Shown here piece by piece: positions 24,888 to 32,880 of a stretch of 38,299 bases of DNA. Both the position numbers and the translations under genes were made by a program. The number at the start of each line of letters is the position of its first letter. Positions within the stretch are counted from its first letter, which is position 1. Below the pieces are notes generated by a model that ran no database searches, was not told where the DNA came from, and saw only the letters and a program-made list of their open reading frames with translations. The DNA lies in contig JBFJMD010000001.1 in NCBI GenBank assembly GCA_041634115.1, positions 1-38,299 of the forward strand, read 5' to 3'. This DNA is from Thermoanaerobaculia bacterium (GTDB taxonomy: Bacteria > Acidobacteriota > Thermoanaerobaculia > Multivoradales > JAHEKO01).

Positions 24888-25943
24888 GTGTCGAAGAGCT
24901 CCCCGCGCCAGCCCATCTATCCGCTCACTTTCGAGCCCGTGTTCAAGAGCTATCCCTGGGGCGGGCGCGGGCTCGAGACGCGGCTGGGGCGGGCGATTCC
25001 GGACGGGGTGGTGGCCGAGAGCTGGGAGATCTCCGCGCACCCGCAGGGCGAGACGAGAGTCGCCGGCGGCCCGCTCGCCGGCCTCACCCTCAGCGAAGTC
25101 GCCGCCCGGCTCGGCGCCGACCTGCTCGGCCGCGGAGGCGGCGGCGGCGCGAGCCCCTTTCCGCTGCTCGTCAAGCTGCTCGACGCCCACACCTGGCTGT
25201 CGGTGCAGGTCCACCCGGACGACGACGACGCCCTGCGGCTGGGCGAGGGCGCGGGCAAGACCGAGATGTGGGTGGTGCTCGACGCGGCGCCGGACTCGCG
25301 CCTGCTCTACGGCCTCGAGACCGGCGTCGGGCGCGCCGAGCTGGAGGCGGCGATCGCGGCCGGCCGGCTGGTCGAGGCCCTGGTCGAGATCGAGGCCCGC
25401 GCCGGCGACGTCTTCTTCATTCCAGCCGGCACCGTTCACGCCCTCGGACCGGGCCTGATCGTGGCCGAGATCCAGCAGACCAGCGACACCACCTACCGGC
25501 TGTTCGACTGGAACCGCACCGGCCCCGACGGCCGCGGCCGGCCGCTCCACCTCCGGCGGGCGCTCGAGGTCATCGACTACGCCGCCGCGCCGAAGGCCCC
25601 GGTCGAGCCGCGCCGCGTCGCCGGCGGGCCGGCGGCCGTCGAGGAGCTGGTCTTCTGCTCCCACTTCCGGTGCGAGCGCCTGCGGCTCGAGCCGGGCGCC
25701 GTCCACCGCGGCGCCTGCGACGGCGAGACCTTCGAGATCTGGGCGGCGCTCGCGGGCGAGGCGACCCTCGCCGCGGGGGGCGAGGCGCTGCCGCTCCCCG
25801 CCGTGAGCTGGGCGCTCCTGCCGGCGGCTCTCGGCGAGTTCGAGATCCGCTGCCGCGAGGCCGCGGTGCTGCTGCGGGTCCGCGGACCCGGCGCCGCCGA
25901 CCGCCGAGCGGAGACGCGAAGACGAAAGGAGCGCGAGCGATGA
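24888..25943 (+). CDS. manA: Class I mannose-6-phosphate isomerase
   Basis: GTG start. YPLTFEPVFKSYPWGG, ESWEISAHP, FPLLVKLLDAHTWLSVQVHPDD, KTEMWVVL, FFIPAGTVHALGPGLIVAEIQQTSDTTYRLFDWNR (metal ligands Q/H/E/H). Confidence 0.8.
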   Translation: MSKSSPRQPIYPLTFEPVFKSYPWGGRGLETRLGRAIPDGVVAESWEISAHPQGETRVAGGPLAGLTLSEVAARLGADLLGRGGGGGASPFPLLVKLLDAHTWLSVQVHPDDDDALRLGEGAGKTEMWVVLDAAPDSRLLYGLETGVGRAELEAAIAAGRLVEALVEIEARAGDVFFIPAGTVHALGPGLIVAEIQQTSDTTYRLFDWNRTGPDGRGRPLHLRRALEVIDYAAAPKAPVEPRRVAGGPAAVEELVFCSHFRCERLRLEPGAVHRGACDGETFEIWAALAGEATLAAGGEALPLPAVSWALLPAALGEFEIRCREAAVLLRVRGPGAADRRAETRRRKERER

Positions 25944-26761
25944 GCCTACCCGCCCTCGCCGAGTGGACGCCGACCCGGGACAGCCTGCACGCCTACAGCC
26001 GCATCCCGGGCTCGCTGCGGGCGGCGCTCACCCCTCCCCACCCCCGCTGGTGGCACAGCAGCCTGCGCCTCGTCCCCCGCGGCCTCACGACCGGCGAGCT
26101 GACGCGCCCGGGCTCGGCAGGCCCGGCCTTCGAGGCGGTCCTCGACCTCGAGCGTCACCGGCTCGAGCTCGCGGCGGGCGGCCGCGAGACGGAGGTGGCG
26201 CGCCTCGACGCCGGGCTCGCGGCCTCCGAGATCGGCGAGCTCGCCCTCGGCCGGCTGGCCGACCTCGGCCTCGGCCTCGAGCCCGAGCGGGAGCGCTGGT
26301 CCGACGCGGCGCCTAGAGCCTACGACCGGGCGGCCGCCGGCCGCTACCTCGAGGCCCTGCGCGCGGTGCGCGCCGCCTTCGAGACGGCGCGCGCCGGCTT
26401 CGGCGGCCCGACGTCGCCGATCCAGCTCTGGACCCATCACTTCGACCTGTCCTTCGAGTGGCTCGGCGGCCGCCGCGTGAGCTCCGAAGAGGGGGGCGAG
26501 ACCCGGGAGGGCTCCGCCCAGATCGGCTTCGGCTTCAGCACCGGCGACGACAGCCACCCCGAGCCCTACTTCTACGCCAACCCCTGGCCATTCGAGGAGG
26601 CGTTCGCCGAGAGCCCGCTTCCCGGCGGCGCCCGCTGGCACCTCGAGGGATGGAAGGGGGCGCTCCTGCCCTACGCGGAGGCCCGCGCGGCGGGCGCCGG
26701 ACGGATCGTCGAGTTCACCCGCGCGGTCTTTTCCCTCGCCGCCCCCCGGCTCTCGGACTAG
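25940..26761 (+). CDS. DUF5996-like protein
   Basis: AAGGAG at 25926-25931, an 8-nt spacer, then ATG 25940 overlapping the manA stop (ATGA). LPALAEWTPTRDSLHAYSRIPGSLRAALTPPHPRWWHSSLRLVPRGLTT and PEPYFYANPWP fit my recollection of the DUF5996 family. Confidence 0.6.
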   Translation: MSLPALAEWTPTRDSLHAYSRIPGSLRAALTPPHPRWWHSSLRLVPRGLTTGELTRPGSAGPAFEAVLDLERHRLELAAGGRETEVARLDAGLAASEIGELALGRLADLGLGLEPERERWSDAAPRAYDRAAAGRYLEALRAVRAAFETARAGFGGPTSPIQLWTHHFDLSFEWLGGRRVSSEEGGETREGSAQIGFGFSTGDDSHPEPYFYANPWPFEEAFAESPLPGGARWHLEGWKGALLPYAEARAAGAGRIVEFTRAVFSLAAPRLSD

Positions 26762-27731
26762 CCCCGGCGAGCAGCGGCCGCACGTGGACCGCGACGATCT
26801 CGGCGGCCCGCCGGTGTCCCTCGTCGGTGAAGTGCGACTCGTCGCTGAACAGCCTCTCGCGCGACTTGAAGAACGAATAGAGGTCGACGACCGGAGCGCC
26901 CAGGGCCTCGGCCACCTCGACCGTGGCGAGGTTGTACTCGGCGCCGAAGTTCTTCCACCAGGTCCCGTCGAGGAGCCCGCCCTCGTAGGGGCGGGTGAGC
27001 AGCACCGCCTCGGCGCCGGCGGCGCGCGCGCGGCCGACCATCTCCTCGAGGTTGGCGCGGTACTGGTCCAGGTCCACGCGGGCGGTGGGCTCGGCCCGGC
27101 TCGGCGCGCTCGCCCGGTCGACCGTCGCGACGACGAGCTGGCCGAGCCGGTAGCGGATCAGCCACTGCTGGAGTCCGCGCGCCGCCGCCGAGGTCGAGGC
27201 GAACTCACGGTCCGATCGCGCCACGCGGTGGGCGTCGTTGCCCCCGAAGCTGATCAGAACGAGGTCGGGGTCGTGCTCGAGGACGCGCGACAGGCGCTGC
27301 AGCCCCTGGTAGGACGAGTAGCCCCAGACGCCGGCGTTGACGACCGCGAGCCCGGGGCGCTCGGCGGCGAGGATCGCCTCCAGGTCGCCCGGCCAGTGCG
27401 CGCCCCCCTCCCCCGCCCAGCCGAGCGTGTTCGAGTCGCCGAGGGTGAAGATCCGCACCTGGCCCTCGCCCTTCTCGCCGGCCAGCTCGGGTCCGCGGAA
27501 GCCCTGCGAGTTGAAGACCCCGAAGCCGGCGCGCGGCCGCCAGATCGCGTCCGGGTCATAGACGAAATTCTCGTCGGCGAAGACGTGGTAGAGCCGGGCG
27601 TCGGTGGTGCGCCGCACGTTGACGGTCATCGGCAGGTAGTCGTAGCCGATCGCCCGCAGGAGCTGCTCGGCGGCAACCAGGCCGGCGACGACCGCGACGG
27701 CGGCGAGGCCCAGCTTGGCGAGCAGCTTCAC
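26715..27731 (-). CDS. SGNH/GDSL-family hydrolase with N-terminal membrane anchor
   Basis: GTG at 27731 (VKLLAKLGLAAVAVVAGLVAA) overlapping the upstream stop. Block I IFTLGDSNTLGW, block III ISFGGNDA, block V DESHFTDEGH. The 881-aa ORF in the track is a read-through artefact. Confidence 0.75.
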   Translation of the reverse strand: MKLLAKLGLAAVAVVAGLVAAEQLLRAIGYDYLPMTVNVRRTTDARLYHVFADENFVYDPDAIWRPRAGFGVFNSQGFRGPELAGEKGEGQVRIFTLGDSNTLGWAGEGGAHWPGDLEAILAAERPGLAVVNAGVWGYSSYQGLQRLSRVLEHDPDLVLISFGGNDAHRVARSDREFASTSAAARGLQQWLIRYRLGQLVVATVDRASAPSRAEPTARVDLDQYRANLEEMVGRARAAGAEAVLLTRPYEGGLLDGTWWKNFGAEYNLATVEVAEALGAPVVDLYSFFKSRERLFSDESHFTDEGHRRAAEIVAVHVRPLLAGASPRAGGRRGKRPRG

Positions 27732-28726
27732 CGTCCCCTCCCGCCCCGCCAGCGCCAGGGCAGCAGCTCGAGCATCCTGGGGTCGGCCCGGCCGATCCGC
27801 GCCCACTGGCGGGCGTTCAGGCCCTCGAAGGGCACCCCGGCCGAGGCCCCGGCCCGCAGCAGGAGCTCGGCGGACGTCACGTCGCCGCGCTGCACCGCCC
27901 GCACCAGCGGCGAGTGGCCGGCGTGGCTTCCCAGGTTGGGGTCGGCGCCCGCCGCCAGCAGGTCTTCGAGGATCCCCGCGTCGCCCGCCCAGGCCGCCCA
28001 CAGCAGCGGCGTCCACCCCAGGGCGCTGCGGGCGTCGGGGTCGGCGCCCGCCGCCAGCAGCCGCCGCGACGCCTTCCGCCCGCCGCTCCGCACGGCGTAG
28101 ACGAGGGCCGTCCAGCCGTCGCGGTCCGCGGCGTCGACCTCGGCGCCGGCGCGCAGGAGCCGCTTGAGGTTGCCGCGGCGCCCGTCGCGGGCCGCCACCA
28201 TGAGCGCCGTCGTCCCGGTGCGGGTCGCGGCGTCGGCGTCGGCGCCGAGGGAGAGGAGCAGACCGACTCGCGCCGCGCTCTTCCTGCCCGCGGCGACGAT
28301 CAGCGCGGTGGCGCCATACGGGTCCCGCGCGTCGAGATCGGCGCCCGCCGCGGTGAGCATCGCCGCCATCCGGTCGTCGCCGCGCCGCAGCGCCGCCGCC
28401 AGCGCCCAGGCGCCGCGCAGCCCGTCCGGGACCGCGCCGCGCGCGAGCAGCACGGCGAGGATCTCCGTCCGCCCCTCCCGCGCCACCGCCTGCAGGCCGC
28501 TCTCCGGCGCCACCCCCTCCTCCAGCAGGCGCTCCACCGCCGCGAGGTCGTCCGCCGCGATCGCCGCCTGGAAGGCCGCGCCCGCGGACTCGCCGGCGGC
28601 GTCCTCGGCCGCCGGGGCCGCGGCGCAGCCGCCGCCCGCGACGATCAGGATCGGAGGAAGGACGAGGGCGAGGACGGCGAGGACCCACCGGGCCGCCCGT
28701 CCGCTCGGAAGGCGATCGAATCTCAT
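27728..28726 (-). CDS. Ankyrin-repeat protein with signal peptide (possible lipoprotein)
   Basis: RWVLAVLALVLPPILIVAGGGC signal. At least 6 ANK-like repeats (GATALIVAA..LLLSLGADADA, GTTALMVAA..LLRAGAEVDA, GWTALVYAV..LLAAGADPDA, GWTPLLWAA..LLAAGADPN, GHSPLVRAV..LLLRAGA). Confidence 0.8.
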   Translation of the reverse strand: MRFDRLPSGRAARWVLAVLALVLPPILIVAGGGCAAAPAAEDAAGESAGAAFQAAIAADDLAAVERLLEEGVAPESGLQAVAREGRTEILAVLLARGAVPDGLRGAWALAAALRRGDDRMAAMLTAAGADLDARDPYGATALIVAAGRKSAARVGLLLSLGADADAATRTGTTALMVAARDGRRGNLKRLLRAGAEVDAADRDGWTALVYAVRSGGRKASRRLLAAGADPDARSALGWTPLLWAAWAGDAGILEDLLAAGADPNLGSHAGHSPLVRAVQRGDVTSAELLLRAGASAGVPFEGLNARQWARIGRADPRMLELLPWRWRGGRGR

Positions 28727-28937
28727 GCTCTTGTGCGCTTTTGCGATCGGGGCGCGGCGGCGCCGGTCGCCGGCCGGCCAATCCTAACAGCCCCTGGCAG
28801 GAGTTCGCGCGGCGGGATCGCGGGCGCCGTGGGGCCGGATGCCGGGCGCCGCATGGTCTTCGACCCCGGGCTGCTGGCCCGAGCGGAATCGGGGCGGTAC
28901 ACTCGGGCCCGAACCGCAGTCCCCGAGGAGACAACCC

Positions 28938-29270
28938 ATGGCCGACGTCGATCTCTTTTATCACCGCCCCTCGTGAAAGAGCTGCGCCCGCACCCGTGAG
29001 GTGCTCGAGCGCACCGGGGCCGGGGTCGGGGAGGAGCGCTCCTCGCGCAAGGCGCCGCTGACCGATCGCGAGGCGCGCGAGCTGCTGGCCGGCGTCGAGC
29101 GGGTGCTGGTGGCGCGCGGCCGCAAGGTCGAGGAGCTGGCCGCGGCGCGGGCCCGGCCCGCGGACCTCAAGGGCCCGACCGGCAACTACCGGGCGCCGAT
29201 GCTGGTCCGGGGACGGACGCTGCTGGTGGGCTTCCATCCGGAGGCCCTGGAAGACCTTCTGTCCGCATAG
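28938..29270 (+). CDS. ArsC/Spx-family thioredoxin-fold protein, candidate selenoprotein (in-frame TGA 28974-28976 read as Sec)
   Basis: GAGGAG at 28925-28930, a 7-nt spacer, ATG at 28938. It is in the same frame as the 89-aa ORF at 29001-29270. The only interruption is the TGA at codon 13. Product: MADVDLFYHRPS-U-KSCARTREVLE...RAPMLVRGRTLLVGFHPEALEDLL. Confidence 0.55.
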
Positions 29271-29292
29271 GCCCCGGCGCGAGGAGGACGAG

Positions 29293-29577
29293 ATGCCGAA
29301 AGCGACCTGGAACGGCGCCACCCTGGCCGAGAGCGACGCGACCGTCGTCGTGGAGGGCAACCACTACTTCCCGCCCGACTCCATCGACTGGAAGTACTTC
29401 GAGGAGAGCGAGACCCGCTCGACCTGTCCCTGGAAGGGCGAGGCGTCCTACTACCACGTCGCGGTCGGCGAGCTGACGAACCGCGACGCGGCCTGGTGCT
29501 ACCCCGAGCCCAAGCCGGCTGCGGCCGAGATCGCCGGCCGGCTGGCCTTCTGGCGCGGCGTCCGGGTCGAGCCCTGA
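29293..29577 (+). CDS. DUF427 domain protein
   Basis: GAGGAGGA upstream of the start. ATWNGATLAESDATVVVEGNHYFPPDSI...TCPWKGEASYYHVAVGE..RDAAWCYPEPKPAAAEIAGRLAFW. Confidence 0.75.
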   Translation: MPKATWNGATLAESDATVVVEGNHYFPPDSIDWKYFEESETRSTCPWKGEASYYHVAVGELTNRDAAWCYPEPKPAAAEIAGRLAFWRGVRVEP

Positions 29578-29606
29578 CGACGGCGGCCACCGCCGAGAAG
29601 GTCGCT

Positions 29607-30929
29607 CTACCCGTCGCGGGCGCAGCGGAAGCCGGCGAAGATCTGCCGGCGGTTCGGATAGTCCCAGTTGCGGAAGGTGCCGCGGGCGACCGCGGGCCGG
29701 GTCGCCCAGGAGCCGCCGCGCAGCACCTTGTACTCGTCGCCGAAGAAGACCTCCGAGTACTCCTCGTAGGGGAACGCGCGGAAACCGGGAAAGGGCCGGA
29801 AATCCGAGGCGGTCCACTCCCAGACGTCGCCGAGGAGCTGCTCGACCCCGTAGGCGCTGGCCCCCTCCGGGTAGGCGCCGCGCGCGGCGGGCGCGAAGAC
29901 GAGCTGATCGAGGTTCGCCCGCTCCGGACCGGGCGGCTCGTCCCCCCAGGGCCAGCGTCGGGCAGCGCCGGCGACGGGGTCCCAGAGCGCCGCCTTCTCC
30001 CACTCCGCCTCGGTGGGCAGCCGCTTGCCCGCCCAGCGCGCGTAGGCCTCGGCCTCGTGATGGCCGACGTGGACGACCGGCGCCTCCCGCGGCAGCGGGC
30101 CGGAGCGGTCCATGAAGCGCGCCCGCCACTGGCCGCCTTCGCGGAACCAGTTCGCGGGCGCCTCGGCGCCCGACTCGGCGAGCCACGCCCGACCCGCCGC
30201 CGACCAGGGATCGGGGCGCCGGTAGCCGCCGTCCTCGACGAACTCCAGGTATTCGCCCTGGCTCACCGGGAAGCGGTCGATCCAGAACTCCGCGACCTCG
30301 GCCTCGTGCCGCGGCTTCTCGTTGTCGTAGGCGAAGCCGGCGCCCTCCCAGCCCATCCGGAAGGGCCCGCCGGGGATCCGCGCCATGCCGGCCGCGCCCG
30401 GCCGGCCGGGCGGCGGCTCGCGGCGGCGCGGCGGCGCGTAGCCGGGCCGCTCCAGGACCTGCATTGCCTGCAGCAGGGTCTCCTGGTGCTGCTCCTCGTG
30501 CTCGGCGACCATCTCGTAGACGAAGCCGTCGGCGAGCAGCTCGGCGCCGCCCCGCCCGGCGATGCCGTCGTCGAGGACCGTCAGGGTCCGCTCGCGGACC
30601 CGCTCGAGATAGTCGAGCAGCGCCTCGCCGCTCGGCAGCGGCAGGCGCTCCCGGGTCGAGCGCGGCTGGAGCACCGGGTCGAAGAGGCGCCCGGCCTCGG
30701 CGTCGATCGGCGCCAGCCCGGCCAGCTCGCGGACCAGCCAGCTCTCCTCGAAGTGGGCGACGTGGCCGAGGTCCCAGATCATGGGGCTCAGGATGGGGGT
30801 GTGCTGGCGGCGCAGCGTCTCCCAGTCGAGGACCGAGACGAGCTCGAGGGTGCGCTCGCGAACGCGGCGCAGCCGGCCGCGGATCGCCTCCGGGTCGAGC
30901 GAGCGGATGGGGTCGGCGTCCGTGGTCAA
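29607..30929 (-). CDS. egtB: EgtB-like sulfoxide synthase (DinB_2 + FGE-sulfatase domains; hercynine oxygenase family)
   Basis: TTG start with GAGGAG 5 nt upstream. SPMIWDLGHVAHFEESW, VAEHEEQHQETLL (His triad), NEKPRHEAEVAEFWIDRFPVS, GDVWEWTASDF, VLRGGSWAT. Confidence 0.75.
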   Translation of the reverse strand: MTTDADPIRSLDPEAIRGRLRRVRERTLELVSVLDWETLRRQHTPILSPMIWDLGHVAHFEESWLVRELAGLAPIDAEAGRLFDPVLQPRSTRERLPLPSGEALLDYLERVRERTLTVLDDGIAGRGGAELLADGFVYEMVAEHEEQHQETLLQAMQVLERPGYAPPRRREPPPGRPGAAGMARIPGGPFRMGWEGAGFAYDNEKPRHEAEVAEFWIDRFPVSQGEYLEFVEDGGYRRPDPWSAAGRAWLAESGAEAPANWFREGGQWRARFMDRSGPLPREAPVVHVGHHEAEAYARWAGKRLPTEAEWEKAALWDPVAGAARRWPWGDEPPGPERANLDQLVFAPAARGAYPEGASAYGVEQLLGDVWEWTASDFRPFPGFRAFPYEEYSEVFFGDEYKVLRGGSWATRPAVARGTFRNWDYPNRRQIFAGFRCARDG

Positions 30930-30946
30930 GGCGGCTCCTCGAAACC

Positions 30947-30952
30947 ATTGTA
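30947..30952 (-). promoter_or_regulatory. Candidate -10 hexamer TACAAT upstream of the EgtB-like gene
   Basis: The minus strand reads TACAAT-GGTTTCGAGGAGCCGCC-TTG(start). No convincing -35. Confidence 0.3.
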
Positions 30953-31038
30953 ACGGCCGACCTCCGGGCCCGCCGCGCTTCGCTTCGGCGCCTCTGGCGC
31001 GCCTCTTCGGACGGCGGCGAGGAGGCTTCGGCGGCCGC

Positions 31039-31560
31039 TCAGGGGAGGGTCCAGCCGGGGAGGTCGTCGAGGCTCTCGAGGGGGCCGAGGCGGGCGGCGA
31101 TCTCGGCCAGGGTCTCGCCGGTCAGCGGGTGGACCAGGTCGGGCGCGACGTCGGCAAGCGGCACCGCGACGTGAGCGCGGCGCAGGATGTCGGGGTCCGG
31201 GATCTCGAGCCCCTGCGCCGGATCGCGGAGCACCAGGTCGCCGTAGAGCGCGATGTCGAGGTCGAGCGTGCGCGGCGCGTCGGCGTCGGCGCCGCGCTCG
31301 CGGCCCAGCTCCCGCTCGACGCGCCGCAGGACCTCGTGCTTCAAGGCGAGCGGCGCGAGCGGCGTCTCGGCGAGGAGCGCCGCGTTGAGAAAGGTCGGCC
31401 CGTCGGTCGCGCCCACCGGCTCCGTCACGTAGACGCGGGACAGGGCGAGGATCCGCAGGCGGGGCGCCAGCCGGAGCAGCGCCGCGGGCAGGTTGCGCCG
31501 CGGCCCGATGTTGGAGCCGACCGAGATCAGCGTCCGGGCCGGCCGCTCCCCCGCGCTCAC
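31039..31560 (-). CDS. folK: 2-amino-4-hydroxy-6-hydroxymethyldihydropteridine diphosphokinase (HPPK)
   Basis: LISVGSNIGPRRNL...SRVYVTEPVG...FLNAALLAET...RTLDLDIALYGD...LEIPDPDILRRAHVAVPLADV. The GTG start overlaps the folB stop (GTGA). Confidence 0.85.
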   Translation of the reverse strand: MSAGERPARTLISVGSNIGPRRNLPAALLRLAPRLRILALSRVYVTEPVGATDGPTFLNAALLAETPLAPLALKHEVLRRVERELGRERGADADAPRTLDLDIALYGDLVLRDPAQGLEIPDPDILRRAHVAVPLADVAPDLVHPLTGETLAEIAARLGPLESLDDLPGWTLP

Positions 31561-31934
31561 TTCGCCTCGAAGTCCGACCGCCGGCGCTCGATCTCCACCC
31601 CCACCGAGGCGGCGAACCGGAGCGCCCCCGGCTTTTCCACCCGCACGATCACCCGCTCGGCGCCGTGGTCCACGATCGCGATCCGCGCGATCGCCGCCGC
31701 CAGCGCCTCCACCAGGAAGTGGGAGGACCCCTCGACGTGCCCGATCACCGCCTTGGTCAGGGTCCGGTAGTTGAGCGCGTCCGCGACCTCGTCCGAGGCC
31801 GCGGCGGCCCGGGTGTCGCAGAACACGGTCATGTTGATCAGAATGTCCTGCTCCTTCTCGCGCTCCCAGTCGTTGACGCCGATGATGCCGCGCACGAGAA
31901 GGTCGCGAATCAGGATCCTGTCGCCGTCGGACAC
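31557..31934 (-). CDS. folB: Dihydroneopterin aldolase
   Basis: RILIRDLLVRGIIGVNDWEREKEQDILINMTV...DALNYRTLTKAVIGHVEGSSHFLVEALAAAIA. GTG start with GGGAGGAG 4 nt upstream. Confidence 0.85.
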   Translation of the reverse strand: MSDGDRILIRDLLVRGIIGVNDWEREKEQDILINMTVFCDTRAAAASDEVADALNYRTLTKAVIGHVEGSSHFLVEALAAAIARIAIVDHGAERVIVRVEKPGALRFAASVGVEIERRRSDFEAK

Positions 31935-31954
31935 GTGTCTCCTCCCATCGGCGC

Positions 31955-32713
31955 TCAGCGCCGCGCCAGCCCCTCGCCGCCGTCGATCGGCAAGATCGCG
32001 CCGGTGATGAAGTCGTTCTCCGCCAGCGCCACGATCGCGTGGCCGATCTCCCGCGGCTCGCCCGTGCGCGCCAGCGGCACCCGCTCTCCGCGCTTGCGCC
32101 AGTCCGCGCCCGCCGGGTCGGTCCCCGGCGGCGGCAGGATCGCGCCGGGCACCAGGGCGTTGACCCGCACCCGCGGCGCGAGCTCCACCGCGGCGACCCG
32201 GGTCAGGTGCAGGAGGCCCGCCTTGCTCACCGAGTGGTGAGCGTAGCCGCGCCAGGCCTGGAGCGCGCTCAGGTCGCCGATGTTCACCGCCAGCCCCGGC
32301 TTCCCGCCGCGCCGCTCGCCGGCCGCCAGCAGCGGCGCGGCGCGTCGGAGGCAGAGGAAGGGGGCGCGCAGGTTGATCGCCAGCACCTCGTCCCAGGCGG
32401 CGGCGTCGATCTCCTCGAACGCCCGGCCCTCGAAGCTCGCCGCGCTGTTGACCAGGACGTCCAGCCGCCCGGCGCGCGCCGCGAGGTCGTCGAAGAGCCG
32501 CTCGACCTCGGCCGGCTCGGCGAGATCCGCCTGCAGCGCCCAGGCCTCGGCGCCTCCCTGCGTCAGCTCGTCGGCGGTCCGCCGCGCCTCGTCCCGGCTG
32601 GTCCGGAAATGGACGGCCACGCGGGCGCCGCGGGCGCCGAGCGCCAGCGCGATCGCCCGCCCGACCCGGCGGCCGCCACCGGTCACCAGCGCTACGCCGC
32701 CTTCGAGGTCCAC
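31955..32713 (-). CDS. Short-chain dehydrogenase/reductase, FolM/pteridine reductase-like
   Basis: VALVTGGGRRVGRAI fits the TGxxxRxG variant of the SDR glycine motif that I recall as characteristic of FolM/PTR1-type enzymes. NSAA and Y..SKAG are present. It sits immediately upstream of folB-folK. Confidence 0.7.
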   Translation of the reverse strand: MDLEGGVALVTGGGRRVGRAIALALGARGARVAVHFRTSRDEARRTADELTQGGAEAWALQADLAEPAEVERLFDDLAARAGRLDVLVNSAASFEGRAFEEIDAAAWDEVLAINLRAPFLCLRRAAPLLAAGERRGGKPGLAVNIGDLSALQAWRGYAHHSVSKAGLLHLTRVAAVELAPRVRVNALVPGAILPPPGTDPAGADWRKRGERVPLARTGEPREIGHAIVALAENDFITGAILPIDGGEGLARR

Positions 32714-32815
32714 GACGTCGGCTCCGGGCGCCCCGGCCGCGGCCGGCGGGACCGGAAGATCCTCCCCGGGGCGCGGCGAGCGGTGGCGTTTTTCACAATC
32801 GGTCGCACCTCTCGA

Positions 32816-32824
32816 TGCTACAAT
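32816..32824 (+). promoter_or_regulatory. Candidate extended -10 promoter TGcTACAAT upstream of the pseudopilin gene
   Basis: TG at 32816-32817 and TACAAT at 32819-32824, in a locally AT-richer patch (TTTTTCACAATCGG...). ATG of the pilin-like gene at 32881. Confidence 0.35.
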
Positions 32825-32880
32825 GCCCGCAAGGCGGCGCCGGTGTCGCCTCCGGAGCCCCGCTGCGCTGCCCTCCCGAC

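Noticed and set aside
27938-28060. Exact 24-nt direct repeat GGGGTCGGCGCCCGCCGCCAGCAG at 27938-27961 and 28037-28060.
   Set aside because: The spacing is 99 nt, which is 33 codons or one ankyrin repeat unit (LLAAGADP). The repeat is explained by the repetitive ANK coding sequence. It is not a CRISPR or mobile-element repeat.
29031-29044. Perfect palindrome GAGGAGC/GCTCCTC, considered as the SECIS for the TGA at 28974.
   Set aside because: It begins ~55 nt after the UGA, beyond the usual distance for a bacterial SECIS apical loop. The hairpin at 29000-29015 is the better candidate.
29607-30929. Calling the EgtB-like gene a selenoneine synthase (SenA) because of the nearby candidate selenoprotein.
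   Set aside because: No senB-like glycosyltransferase or senC/selD-like gene is adjacent, and EgtB cannot be told from SenA by eye. It is kept only as a question in the findings.
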